A stretch of 64,000 nt of DNA from Candidatus Nanohaloarchaea archaeon (GTDB lineage Archaea; Nanohalarchaeota; Nanosalinia; Nanosalinales; Nanosalinaceae), in assembly GCA_042218325.1 (NCBI GenBank), contig JBDGRE010000001.1:68356-132355 (forward strand). The letters run 5' to 3'. Position 1 is the stretch's first letter. Every line of letters starts with the position of its first letter. A model generated the notes under the pieces. It was not told where the DNA came from and did no database searches. It was given only the letters and a program-made list of their open reading frames with translations. Below, in pieces: positions 19,290-28,603 of this stretch. The position numbers and the translations under genes were made by a program.

Positions 19290-19767
19290 TTTCCGTACAA
19301 AACGGGGCCGATGCATAATCGACGGAGACGACCTGTATCTCTCCTCCAGCATGGCTGGTCTCTTCCGGCGTTTCTGGGAAGGTGGGAGACTAGGAAGGCT
19401 TTTAGCCGTCTCCTACCTGGTATTCTTCGCATGGTTCTTCTATAAGTTGCTCTTTGACCTGGGAACCCCGTTCAAGGTGGGAATCGCGCTTGGGGCGGCT
19501 TTACTTGCTCTGAGTTACGTCACGAACAGTTTGAGGGGTTTCTCCAGGCAGAGGGTTATACCTCTGGACTCGGTAAAGGAAGTCTCCTTCACAGAGGGGC
19601 GACCGGGCCTGACACGTCCTCGTTTTATCGTGGAGTTCGAGAAAGAGGGTGGTGAGCAAAAGAAGAGGTACATAATGATGCCGTCACTGTGGCTAGACTA
19701 CAGTGAGGAGGAGGTCGGTAAGGCAAAAATGATGTTTGAGGATAAAGGTCTCCGGGCCGAGTACTGA
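19282..19767 (+). CDS. Hypothetical membrane protein
   Basis: GGAGGT SD before ATG 19282; two TM helices; GLTRPRFIV. Confidence 0.7.
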   Translation: MTSFRTKRGRCIIDGDDLYLSSSMAGLFRRFWEGGRLGRLLAVSYLVFFAWFFYKLLFDLGTPFKVGIALGAALLALSYVTNSLRGFSRQRVIPLDSVKEVSFTEGRPGLTRPRFIVEFEKEGGEQKKRYIMMPSLWLDYSEEEVGKAKMMFEDKGLRAEY

Positions 19768-20144
19768 TGTACGGCCGAAAGCTCCTGATCGCGGTCGCTG
19801 GCGCACTCATGGTTTTCTTGGCTGTCCAGGTTTCAATAGGTTTAGCGGCTTTCGTATACCTCTTCTTCACACAGCTATGTCTTCATAACGTGACGGTTTC
19901 GGGGATTAATGCGACCTATGAAAGAGTCGGATGGGAAACCGCTCACCCGGCGACGGGGTCAGTTGAGAAATTTGTGCAGGTAGAGATAGGTCACTGGAAG
20001 GGTTTTGAAAGTGTTGGGTCGGGCAACATGTCTCGGGAACAGTCCGTGGTAACTGACCTTCACAGTGTGAGCCGCCTCAGACACATGAACGAGACGATAG
20101 CTCCCGGGAATATCACCGGTTACAGGGTAAGCGTCTATGCCTAA
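19767..20144 (+). CDS. Hypothetical protein with N-terminal TM segment
   Basis: TGATG overlap with upstream gene; lower GC. Confidence 0.5.
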   Translation: MYGRKLLIAVAGALMVFLAVQVSIGLAAFVYLFFTQLCLHNVTVSGINATYERVGWETAHPATGSVEKFVQVEIGHWKGFESVGSGNMSREQSVVTDLHSVSRLRHMNETIAPGNITGYRVSVYA

Positions 20145-20238
20145 AGAAAAGGAGAACTCGAGGCAGAGGACGTACTAGAAGTTAACAGGGCCGAAGAACT
20201 GGGCTTCTCCGGCTCGGGCTTGGAAGTCCAGAGATAAA

Positions 20239-20823
20239 TCATTTGTAGCGGCCGCGCTGTTCTACCTCTTCCAGTCTCTCCAGCACTTCCTCGCTATCTT
20301 CGTGGCTGCGGTAGCCGTCGAGGAAATCCTGCCAGGCCTCATCCGCAATTCCCGGATGTGAGGGTTCCAGCACCTGCTTCAGCAGGTGTATGTCGACCGC
20401 CCGGTCCTCTGCCCTGTTGGAGCGGAACGCGAGCCCGAAGTCGATCAGGAACACCTCGCCGGATACGGAGAGAATGGCGTTCCGCGTGGTAAGGTCGCCG
20501 TGGATTATGCCCGCGTCGTGGAGCTTGGCGGCGTTTTCCCCGAGCAGCTCCATTGCGTCGCTGTCCCGGTCCAGCGCGTCCTTCAGCTGCTCGCCGTCTA
20601 TCTCCTCGATTTCAAGTGTGTCGTCGCCCGTTTTCTCGACGCCGGGAACGTTTACGCCGTTCTTCCGGGCCTCCCGCATCAGGCGCGCTTCCCGCTCTGT
20701 CCGCTCCTCCCGTATCTTCTCGTCGAGCTCCGGGTGCCGGTAGTTCTTGCTGTGGCGTTTCTTCACCACGCTGTCATCCCTGAACTTGAGCGTGGCTTCT
20801 GCGCCCTCGATAGTTTCTGTCAT
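20239..20823 (-). CDS. bud32: KEOPS kinase Bud32
   Basis: GAEA, YRHPELD, EARLM, IIHGDLTTRN, IDFGLA, AVDIHLL, RGRY. Confidence 0.93.
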   Translation of the reverse strand: MTETIEGAEATLKFRDDSVVKKRHSKNYRHPELDEKIREERTEREARLMREARKNGVNVPGVEKTGDDTLEIEEIDGEQLKDALDRDSDAMELLGENAAKLHDAGIIHGDLTTRNAILSVSGEVFLIDFGLAFRSNRAEDRAVDIHLLKQVLEPSHPGIADEAWQDFLDGYRSHEDSEEVLERLEEVEQRGRYK

Positions 20824-20825
20824 CT

Positions 20826-22478
20826 TTATCCTTCCTCCTGTTGCATGTACTGCCTAAGCTCTAAAAGGTTCCTCCTTCTCAGCTCCTCGCGGTAGTCCGG
20901 GTTCTCCATCATGCCGTTGAGATGCTCGATAAGCTGCTCGGAGGCGACTATGTCTGGTACCTCGACGTAGAGCGCTCCGGCGTCGAGGAGTTCCGAGGCC
21001 ACCTCCACGTCCTCCGCCCTCAGTATCTTTTCAGGTCCTTCCCGCTCCAGTATCCTGAGAGATATCTTCCTCTGCGGTATCGTGGAGGCCACGAGCTGCG
21101 CATCTGGCGCCTTCGCCCGCTCCCAGGTGTTCTCGTCCATGATGTCGCCGAAGACGTAGTAGTCCTCGTTCTGCCGGGCCTCGATTATCTTCTCCGGGTC
21201 GTTCTCCACAACGACGAATTCCGCGTCTTCTTCCTTCAGGTCTTCGGCCAGCCGCTTCCCCTGTGTGTCGTATCCCACTACGACTATGTGGTCTTCCATA
21301 TCCTCCCTCACATCCGTCCATTCCTCGAGCTTGGCCTCTGTCGTCTCGATGCTGCTGTACCGGGAGGCTGCCCTGTATATCTCTTCCTCGTGCCGGCTTG
21401 TGTAGGCCGAGTACACCATGGTGAAAGTGGCGCTTATTATCACGGCGTTGAAAAGCTCCGGTGCGATGGTGCCGGCTATGAACGCCTGTATCGCCACTAT
21501 GAGCGAGAACTCGCTTACCTGGTCGAGCGTCAGCGCGGTCAGGTAGGATGTCCGGCGGTCGTACCCGTTTATCAGCAGCGTGACAACGGTTATGCCCGGT
21601 TTCAGAACGACTGTCGCCAGAAAAAGGGCGAAAGATATCAGTATGGCTTCAGGCCCTGGCAGCGTCAGCAGGGCGCCGAGCGAGACGAAGAAGAGCACGG
21701 AGAAGAAGTCCTTCAGCGATCCCATCGTCTCCAGCATCTCGAGGTTGTGCGGGAAGCGGGCGACCGAGATCCCTGCGGCGAACGCGCCGACGACTATCGA
21801 GACACCGGAGAACTCGGCGAGACCGATGAAACCCGTCAGGGCCGCCAGGCCGACCAGCATCATGAGTTCGGTGGAGCCCTCCGTCCTGTCCGCGAGGAAC
21901 GGGAAGATCCACTGCCTGACGCCCAACGCAAGCAGTACGAGCGCGAGACCCCTGGCCACGTGCAGTCCCGCGGCCTCAAGTGTCAGCGCCGGCGAGCTGA
22001 CAATCAGGACCCCGAGGACGGCGAAAAGATCCTGCACGAGGTGTATGGACTCGGAAAGCCTGCCGTGCAGCAGGTCTATACGTATCTCGTTCTCGATGAG
22101 TTCGAGCCCCACGAGCGACGAGCTCACGGAAGCGGCTATGACGAGGTAGAGCGAGTTGAGAAGGTCGAGGCCGAGCCCTTGGGCGAACAGGTAGGCAGCT
22201 ATGCCCACGACCGTTACCTGCACTATCGTGGTGGCGAGACTCTCTTTCGCGACAGATCTTATCCTTCCCGGTTCCGTCTTCAGGCCGAATATGAAGACCA
22301 GGAAAGCGATACCGAGCTGGGAGAGCTCCAGTATCTGCGCCTGCCCGAAGAACATCCCCACTCCTACACCTGCAAGGATGTAGGCGGGTATCGAGGGATG
22401 GTCGAACCGGTGCAGCAGCAGGAGCAGGGCAGAGGAGAAGACGAACGCCGCGGTTAGCAGCGGTACGAGTTCACTCAT
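20826..22478 (-). CDS. Kef-type cation:proton antiporter (CPA2) with TrkA-N/RCK domain
   Basis: Many TM helices, QVSEFSLIV, HIVVVGYDTQG. Confidence 0.88.
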   Translation of the reverse strand: MSELVPLLTAAFVFSSALLLLLHRFDHPSIPAYILAGVGVGMFFGQAQILELSQLGIAFLVFIFGLKTEPGRIRSVAKESLATTIVQVTVVGIAAYLFAQGLGLDLLNSLYLVIAASVSSSLVGLELIENEIRIDLLHGRLSESIHLVQDLFAVLGVLIVSSPALTLEAAGLHVARGLALVLLALGVRQWIFPFLADRTEGSTELMMLVGLAALTGFIGLAEFSGVSIVVGAFAAGISVARFPHNLEMLETMGSLKDFFSVLFFVSLGALLTLPGPEAILISFALFLATVVLKPGITVVTLLINGYDRRTSYLTALTLDQVSEFSLIVAIQAFIAGTIAPELFNAVIISATFTMVYSAYTSRHEEEIYRAASRYSSIETTEAKLEEWTDVREDMEDHIVVVGYDTQGKRLAEDLKEEDAEFVVVENDPEKIIEARQNEDYYVFGDIMDENTWERAKAPDAQLVASTIPQRKISLRILEREGPEKILRAEDVEVASELLDAGALYVEVPDIVASEQLIEHLNGMMENPDYREELRRRNLLELRQYMQQEEG

Positions 22479-24150
22479 CTTTTCCACCCCATCTCATGCT
22501 TTCCAGCTCCTCATTTACTTCTTCGAGGAACAGCTCGCGGTCTTCGAGGTAAAGTTTCAGGTACTCGCCGAGCTTCTCCGACGAAAGCAGGTTCTTGACC
22601 GTGACGTAATGCGCTCCCTGCTCGTACAGCTCGGCTGCTTCCTCGATACCATCTGACTTGACCACGATGGTCGCGTCCCGCGGCGCTTCCTCAACGGTGT
22701 TCCGGTTCACAAGGTTATCCGGCGCGAAGCAGACTACCATCCCGGCATCTCCGAGTCCCGCTGCGTTCCGTATCTTGGGGTGACGGAAGTCGCCGTAGAT
22801 GTACTCGTAACGTGACTCGGATAGCTCGCGTATGTTCAGGGGATTCCGGTCCACGACCACCACGTCATCGAAGTATTCCTCGAGTTCTTCCAGCGCTCTC
22901 CTCGCGAGTTCATCGTAGCCGACAACGACGAGATGGCCACTGAGTTCACGGACCTCGATGTCTTCTTTCTCCTCGGTCTCCAGTTTCTCGAGCATGTGCT
23001 CGAACGCGGTATATATGCGTGAGTTGTAGCTTATGAAGTACGACGAGACGCCCATCGTGGTTATGGCGACCATGCTCAGGAAACCGAGCAGGCCGGGGGA
23101 GGCAAGCCCCTGCGCGACAGCAAGAGACCCAAGTATAAGGGAGAACTCGCTGGTCTGGGCCTTGTTGATAGCTGCCTTGAACGATGTCTCCGGGGTGAAA
23201 CGGGCACGGTCCACGAGAGCAAACATTACAGTAAACTTTACCGACATGAGAACTGTGGAGGCGATAACTGCCTCGACCCAGTAGCTTTCCAGCATCCCGG
23301 GCGATAGCTGCAGGCCCACCTGTATGAAGAAGACAGCCATAAAGAAGTTCGTCAGGGGCCTGACCCTCTCCTGCAGCTCCTGGCTGTAAGGTATCTGGGC
23401 CAGTGCGAGGCCCGCGAAGAAAGCTCCTATCTCGGCGGATATTCCGAGTTGTGATGCCACTGTCACCATGACGAAGAGCCAGGCCACGCCGTGTATGAAG
23501 AACGCGTGCCGGTTCTCGGAGATCTTCTGGAACACTCTCGGCAGCAGGTACCGCGAGGAGAGGTACGACAGTGAGCCTATCGCTGCGACCATGAACGCGA
23601 CCTTGAGCAGGCTGATCCCGAGCCGGAGAGGTGTCGAGGCACCGGTCTCCATCACCGCCAGGATAAGTACGACGGCGAGGTCCTCGACCAGCAGTATCCC
23701 TACATCTATCTTTCCTGGCAGTGTGGTGACTTCATCCTTGTCCGCGAGAAGCTTCACAACGACGGCGGTCGATGAAAACATCACTGCGGCCGCTACGATC
23801 ACCGATTCCAGGAACGGGAAACCGAGCGCCTGCGCTGTTATGTATCCTGCAATTCCGACGAGCGCCATCTGCGAGACCGCTATCGCGACGGTGGGCCGGA
23901 GTATCTCCTTGACATCCTCTATCCGTATCTCCAGTCCGATCAGGAAGAGGAGGAAGGCAAGGCCGAGCTCGGAGAGCAGCTCTGTCGACGGGGTCGTCGA
24001 AACAAGACCGAGGCCGGCCGACCCGAGCAGTAGCCCGGTGGCGATGTAAGCGATGACGGTCGGCTGCTTCAGTTTCCGGGATAGCAGCCCGAGCAAAGCT
24101 GCCACTACGACTATGAGTGCAAGTGAGCTGAAGGCCGCCGACTGTACCAT
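22471..24150 (-). CDS. Kef-type cation:proton antiporter (CPA2) with TrkA-N/RCK domain
   Basis: LKQPTVIAYIATG, FSSTAVVVKLL, GILLVED, QTSEFSLIL, HLVVVGY. Confidence 0.9.
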   Translation of the reverse strand: MVQSAAFSSLALIVVVAALLGLLSRKLKQPTVIAYIATGLLLGSAGLGLVSTTPSTELLSELGLAFLLFLIGLEIRIEDVKEILRPTVAIAVSQMALVGIAGYITAQALGFPFLESVIVAAAVMFSSTAVVVKLLADKDEVTTLPGKIDVGILLVEDLAVVLILAVMETGASTPLRLGISLLKVAFMVAAIGSLSYLSSRYLLPRVFQKISENRHAFFIHGVAWLFVMVTVASQLGISAEIGAFFAGLALAQIPYSQELQERVRPLTNFFMAVFFIQVGLQLSPGMLESYWVEAVIASTVLMSVKFTVMFALVDRARFTPETSFKAAINKAQTSEFSLILGSLAVAQGLASPGLLGFLSMVAITTMGVSSYFISYNSRIYTAFEHMLEKLETEEKEDIEVRELSGHLVVVGYDELARRALEELEEYFDDVVVVDRNPLNIRELSESRYEYIYGDFRHPKIRNAAGLGDAGMVVCFAPDNLVNRNTVEEAPRDATIVVKSDGIEEAAELYEQGAHYVTVKNLLSSEKLGEYLKLYLEDRELFLEEVNEELESMRWGGKDE

Positions 24151-24738
24151 CTATAGCACTTCCTCGATTTCCTCCCGTGTTACCGGGCCCTTACGATGGA
24201 TAACCACCTCTCCGTTATTAACTTCTGCGATAGTCGACGTCGGGCCCTGCTCAAGCTTGCCCGCGTCGATGATGTAGTCTACTTCTTCTCTCAGTTCCGG
24301 GTCGATATCCTCGACACGGTAAGAGGTCTCCTGCCCGGATATGTTGGCGCTGGTAGCGGTCATAGGTCCGTTTGCCGCGAGTTCCCGGGCGACCTCGCTG
24401 TCCGGTACCCGGAACACGAACCTGTCGTTGAGCACGTCAGGCACAGCCGGTTTCCTGTCGGCGACGAGCGTCAGCGGCCCCGGCATAAGCGTCTCCACGA
24501 TCCTTCTCTCTTCACCGGTCAGCTCCGCGTACCTTTCCGCGCTCTCAAGGCTGTCAACTATGACCGTCAGTTTCTTCTCGCGCGGCCTCTGCTTCACCTC
24601 GTAGACTTTCTCTACTGCCTCCGGGTCCAGTGCGTCCGCCGCGATACCGTACGCGGTTTCAGTCGGGTATATAACGGTGCCTCCTTCCTGCAGGACCTCC
24701 TTCGCTTCCTCGACCTGCCTCTTTATCTCATCTTTCAC
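24151..24738 (-). CDS. sua5: Threonylcarbamoyl-AMP synthase (TsaC/Sua5, short form)
   Basis: YPTETAYGI, KQRP..K, PGPLTLV, RVP, TSANISG, STI. Confidence 0.92.
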   Translation of the reverse strand: MKDEIKRQVEEAKEVLQEGGTVIYPTETAYGIAADALDPEAVEKVYEVKQRPREKKLTVIVDSLESAERYAELTGEERRIVETLMPGPLTLVADRKPAVPDVLNDRFVFRVPDSEVARELAANGPMTATSANISGQETSYRVEDIDPELREEVDYIIDAGKLEQGPTSTIAEVNNGEVVIHRKGPVTREEIEEVL

Positions 24739-25351
24739 CTTTTACCTCCTCCTTCATCTGAGCCACGAAATCCTCCACGAACCTGTGGCGCTCCTCCGCC
24801 ATCTCCTTGCCTGTTCCTGTATACATCCTTTCCTTCAGCGACAGTATCTTGTTCGTCAGGTGTTTCAGTCCCGTCTCGCGACCCAGATCCTCCCCGTGCA
24901 TCCTCTCGATGTCGGCCAGCGCCCTGCCGTGTTCCCCGCTGTAGCAGAAAGTCCTCGCTACACCGGTCGCGCCGAGCGCGTCGAGGTTGTCCGCGTCTGA
25001 AAGAACTTCGGCTTCGACTGTCTCCGGCTCGACATCTCCGGAGTAACGGTGCGCCAGTATGCAGTGCATGACCTCCTCCACGACCTCTTCGCTGTACCCG
25101 TTGCTCCCGAGTATATCCGTTGCTTCCCGGGCTCCCCATCTTGCGTGGTCTTCTATCTCTCCACGGTCCTCTTTCCCTCTTCCTATATCGTGAAGCAGTA
25201 CTGCGAGCTTCACCACCTTCCAGTCGGCGTCTTCCTCTTCCGCGATTCTCTCGGCCAGTATCTCCACACGTTTCACGTGGTGCCAGTCGTGGGAGGAATC
25301 CACGCCGTCGAAGTACTTTCTCGCCTCCCGCCGTACCTGGTCTACTTCCAC
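24728..25351 (-). CDS. HD-domain hydrolase
   Basis: HDWHHVKRV, LLHDIG, DADNLDALGATG. Confidence 0.88.
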   Translation of the reverse strand: MEVDQVRREARKYFDGVDSSHDWHHVKRVEILAERIAEEEDADWKVVKLAVLLHDIGRGKEDRGEIEDHARWGAREATDILGSNGYSEEVVEEVMHCILAHRYSGDVEPETVEAEVLSDADNLDALGATGVARTFCYSGEHGRALADIERMHGEDLGRETGLKHLTNKILSLKERMYTGTGKEMAEERHRFVEDFVAQMKEEVKGER

Positions 25352-26316
25352 TCTATATCTACCTCGTCAGGCCTCCAGTTCGGTTTCTTCCCCGATTCCT
25401 CGACGGAGGTTTTCCGGCCCGCTTCGAGTTCGAGCATGCCCTGGTGCGCTATCATCGCGCCGTTGTCCATGCAGTAATCGGGCGGCGGGAAGTACGCCTC
25501 GCAACCTCTTTGCTCGCACATCGCCTCCACCATCTCGCGCAGCCTGGAGTTCATCGCGACGCCGCCCGTTAAAAGCGCCTCCCGGGAGCCTTCCTGCGCC
25601 ATCGCCCTCTCCAGGGCCTCGACCACCGCGGCGTAAGCGTGCTCCTGGAACGAGTTGGCTATCAAAGCGTCATCGATTTCGTCGACCTTGCGCTCGCCTT
25701 CTGTTACCAGCCCGGAGAAAGAGAAGTCCATCCCCTTGATAGGGTAGCTGAGTTCGACTATCCCGTCCGTCTTCTCGGCGAGTCTCTCGATTTCGGGGCC
25801 TCCCGGATGCGGGTAGCCGAGCTTCCGCGCCAGCTTGTCGAGCGCGTTACCCAGCGCGATATCCAGGGTCTCCCCGATTATGCGGTAACGACCGGAGCGC
25901 AGCTCAAGTATCTGCGAGTTGCCGCCGGACAGGTACAGTGTGGTCGGTTCCTCCGCACCGGTGGTCCTCGTCCCGATCGAGATGTGTGCAAGGCAGTGGT
26001 TCATACCGATGAGCTCCAGGTCGTACCGTTCGGAAAGCGCACGGGCGATAACCGCCCCGATATCGAGGCACTGCGGTATACCCGGGCCCTGCGCAAAGGC
26101 CACCGCGTCGAGCTCCTCTTCATCTAGGTCTGCCTCCTGCAGTGCGTTGTTCAGGACCTCGAGAGCATGTTGATAGTGGTGCTCCGCCGCCTTCCTCGGG
26201 TGTATCCCGCCCTCCTCCGGCTCGAACATCGACTTCTGGTTTGCAAGTATATCATCTTCGTCGACTATACCGATGCCAAGCGTGTGCGCTGTCGACTCGA
26301 TGCCGAGCACTTTCAT
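25342..26316 (-). CDS. kae1: t6A synthase Kae1 (KEOPS)
   Basis: GIESTAHT, GGIHP, NHCLAH, SGGN, GETLDIALGN, GGVAMN, DNGAMIA. Confidence 0.95.
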   Translation of the reverse strand: MKVLGIESTAHTLGIGIVDEDDILANQKSMFEPEEGGIHPRKAAEHHYQHALEVLNNALQEADLDEEELDAVAFAQGPGIPQCLDIGAVIARALSERYDLELIGMNHCLAHISIGTRTTGAEEPTTLYLSGGNSQILELRSGRYRIIGETLDIALGNALDKLARKLGYPHPGGPEIERLAEKTDGIVELSYPIKGMDFSFSGLVTEGERKVDEIDDALIANSFQEHAYAAVVEALERAMAQEGSREALLTGGVAMNSRLREMVEAMCEQRGCEAYFPPPDYCMDNGAMIAHQGMLELEAGRKTSVEESGKKPNWRPDEVDIEWK

Positions 26317-26352
26317 GCGTGGAGTTAGCTGCTGAAGAATTAAAAGAGAATT

Positions 26353-26502
26353 CTATCCGTGCTTGGTGTAGCCGCACTTGCCGCACGACTTGCGTTCGTC
26401 GTGCTCCGCCAGGAAGCTTCCGCAGCGGGGGCATTTCTCGCCGTCGTATTCTCCTGACTCGTCGTACTTCTCCCAGATCTGTACCTTGTCGTGCTTACTC
26501 AC
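26353..26502 (-). CDS. rps27ae: 30S ribosomal protein S27ae (eS31), 49 aa, absent from ORF track
   Basis: GTG start; [23 protein letters not shown] zinc ribbon. Confidence 0.92.
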   Translation of the reverse strand: MSKHDKVQIWEKYDESGEYDGEKCPRCGSFLAEHDERKSCGKCGYTKHG

Positions 26503-26554
26503 GGCTACCACCTGTGGTTGGCGTGTCAAGAAGATCTCTGATCTTTGCCATCAT
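26495..26554 (-). CDS. Putative 19-aa bridge ORF between rps3 and rps27ae
   Basis: ATGA overlap with rps3 stop, GTGAGTAA overlap with rps27ae start; [19 protein letters not shown]. Confidence 0.45.
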   Translation of the reverse strand: MMAKIRDLLDTPTTGGSRE

Positions 26555-27657
26555 TCTTCAACCCTCGTTTCCAGCCAGTCGATGAACGTCGTCCGGCTCT
26601 TGTTGTCCTTTTCAGCTTTGAGGGCTTTCTCCCAGTCAGGGTTTTCGAGGTCTTCCAGCTCGTCCTTCGCATCGGCGATAGTGCCGGAGACTATCTCTTC
26701 GTAGTCCGCTTCAGTTCCGCCTTCTGATCCCTCGGCGTCGTCCTCCACTGCTTCCTCGTCGATTCCCGACTCGGACTCGGTGGATTCCTTTTCTACGTCT
26801 TCGGGGACTTCTTCATCCTCCTCGTTTTCTTCAGCTTCCTGTTCTTCCTTGGCCTCTTCTTCTGCGGCTTCCTTTATCTCTTCGCCGCGCTCCTCGAACA
26901 CGTCGCGGATCTCCTGCTTGGTGATATCTTCTGTTTCGACCTCGAGCTCTTCCATTGCCTCGTCGATGGCGGAGGAGGTCATGCTTTCGGCCTCCGCGAC
27001 CACCATCTCGAGTCTCTCGTCTCTTGGAAGTGAGTCCTCGTGCTCGACTGTCTTGTGGAGTATCTCTTCCTCTACGTCGACGTCGCGGTGCTTGAATTCG
27101 GGCAAGGATTCCATGATGCGGACCTTGACACCGATAGCGCCCGGCTTGGTTCTCGCAAGTTCGTAGGCCTCCTTGACGTTTTCCTTCGATGTGTTGCCGT
27201 TTCGCTTGACGTACCCGTACGAGAACTTCTCCGTCCTTCCACGGTTTCCTGAGAGCTTGCCGGCTACCTCTATCTCGGCGCCGATGACTCCGGCTTCCTT
27301 CACCCTTCGCAGGTAGGTGTAACCGACACGTTTCGGCTGTCCTCCCTTCTCGAGCCAGTCAGCCATCGACTTCGCGACGACTTCCGCGTCTGCGTCGGCG
27401 TTCTCTATCTCGTTTACCTCTATCTGCGGGTTCTCGAATCCGAACTCTGCCTCCATGTCCTCTGTGAGTTCACGGATGCGTGAGCCGCCTCGACCGATTA
27501 CAAGTCCTGGTCTCTGTGCGTATACAACTATCTTCGTCGAGGTCGGTGTCCTTACAAGCTCGCACCGCGAGTAGCCTGCTCCCTCGAGCTCTTCCTCGAA
27601 GAACTCGTGCAGCCTTACCTTCCGGGCTCCTTTCTCGACGAACTGTTTCTCCTGCAT
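26551..27657 (-). CDS. rps3: 30S ribosomal protein S3 (uS3) with long acidic C-terminal extension
   Basis: KH domain RPGLVIGRGGSRIREL, GAEIEVAGKL, GAIGVKVRI. Confidence 0.95.
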   Translation of the reverse strand: MQEKQFVEKGARKVRLHEFFEEELEGAGYSRCELVRTPTSTKIVVYAQRPGLVIGRGGSRIRELTEDMEAEFGFENPQIEVNEIENADADAEVVAKSMADWLEKGGQPKRVGYTYLRRVKEAGVIGAEIEVAGKLSGNRGRTEKFSYGYVKRNGNTSKENVKEAYELARTKPGAIGVKVRIMESLPEFKHRDVDVEEEILHKTVEHEDSLPRDERLEMVVAEAESMTSSAIDEAMEELEVETEDITKQEIRDVFEERGEEIKEAAEEEAKEEQEAEENEEDEEVPEDVEKESTESESGIDEEAVEDDAEGSEGGTEADYEEIVSGTIADAKDELEDLENPDWEKALKAEKDNKSRTTFIDWLETRVEE

Positions 27658-27746
27658 GAAACTTCTGGAAGTTTCATCACCATAGCACGTCCAGCCTGAC
27701 GGCTGAACGCACTCCGGTTTTAAGTTGGTTTTTATTTCCTGCCATA

Positions 27747-28160
27747 TTATCTCTCTCCCACGACAATCTTTACATGTGCTGCTTTGATGGTTTCTCCCCT
27801 GTGTCTTCCTGGGGTCCTGAACTCTTGGCCCTGGTTGGTTATGAACTTCTGGATTTCCAGCGCGTCAGTATTGAGTCCCTGGTCCTCTGCGTTGGACGCA
27901 GCGCTCCTGATTACTTTCAGTACTTCTTCCGCGGCTTTGACCGGGTAGCGGCCCTCCTGTCCGCCGCTCCTGTGTCCGGCTCCGGAGAACGTCGTGTATG
28001 GTACGGGAAGTTCTTTTTCAATCACTCTTTCCAGCTTGTTCTCCGCCTTCTCGACGGAGTCGCCCTTGACGAAGCGGCCTATCTCGGTCACGTCCTTCCA
28101 CGAAACGCGGAGGTCGTTGCCTATGGCTTTGGCCTGGTGTGGCTCCGTCTCGATAGGCAC
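27747..28160 (-). CDS. rpl22: 50S ribosomal protein L22
   Basis: LRVSWK, GRYPVKAA, SNAEDQGL. Confidence 0.92.
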   Translation of the reverse strand: MPIETEPHQAKAIGNDLRVSWKDVTEIGRFVKGDSVEKAENKLERVIEKELPVPYTTFSGAGHRSGGQEGRYPVKAAEEVLKVIRSAASNAEDQGLNTDALEIQKFITNQGQEFRTPGRHRGETIKAAHVKIVVGER

Positions 28161-28166
28161 GCTAAA

Positions 28167-28547
28167 TCACTTGAGCGGCACGTGCTGCGAGGACCGGGTA
28201 GCTCCGAGCCCTGGTGCACTGTGCGATACTTCCTTTCTGGTTTTTGCTAGTTCGCCGAGGTAGTGTCCGAGCATCTCTTTCTCGATATCTACCGGGACGA
28301 AATCCTTGCCGTTGTATACCTGGACGGTCTTGCCGACCATCTTCGGCACTACGATCATCGACCTCATGTGGGTCTTGACCTGGTCTTTCTCCTCGAGGTC
28401 TTCCAGTATCTTTTTCTCCTTTCTTCTCAGTCCGCGCTGTATCTTTCTCCTGCCTCTTGAGTTGAGCAGCTCCGAGAACTCTTCCAGACTCATCTCTTTC
28501 AGCTCTTCAAGGCTGTGTCCGCGGAAGCTCCAGTCGTCGTCACTCAC
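28167..28547 (-). CDS. rps19: 30S ribosomal protein S19
   Basis: FRGHSLEEL, KTHMRSMIVVP, YNGK, MLGHYLGE, GATRSS. Confidence 0.95.
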   Translation of the reverse strand: MSDDDWSFRGHSLEELKEMSLEEFSELLNSRGRRKIQRGLRRKEKKILEDLEEKDQVKTHMRSMIVVPKMVGKTVQVYNGKDFVPVDIEKEMLGHYLGELAKTRKEVSHSAPGLGATRSSQHVPLK

Positions 28548-28603
28548 TCGAAAACACCTCTGGCGTTTTCTGCGAGATTAGAAAATCTTCGATTTTCACT
28601 CAT
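28544..28603 (-). repeat. 60-nt two-hairpin element / 19-aa mini-ORF, copy 1 (rpl2-rps19 junction)
   Basis: ATGAGTGAAAATCGAAGATTTTCTAATCTCGCAGAAAACGCCAGAGGTGTTTTCGAGTGA = MSENRRFSNLAENARGVFE*. Confidence 0.75.

Noticed and set aside
20145-20238. Coding-like acidic stretch after the 19767-20144 ORF
   Set aside because: No start codon or recognisable family; possibly a gene remnant
20922-22457. Long antisense ORFs (e.g. 20922-22457, 1296-2513, 33581-34660)
   Set aside because: Shadow frames of GC-rich genes with non-acidic, atypical composition
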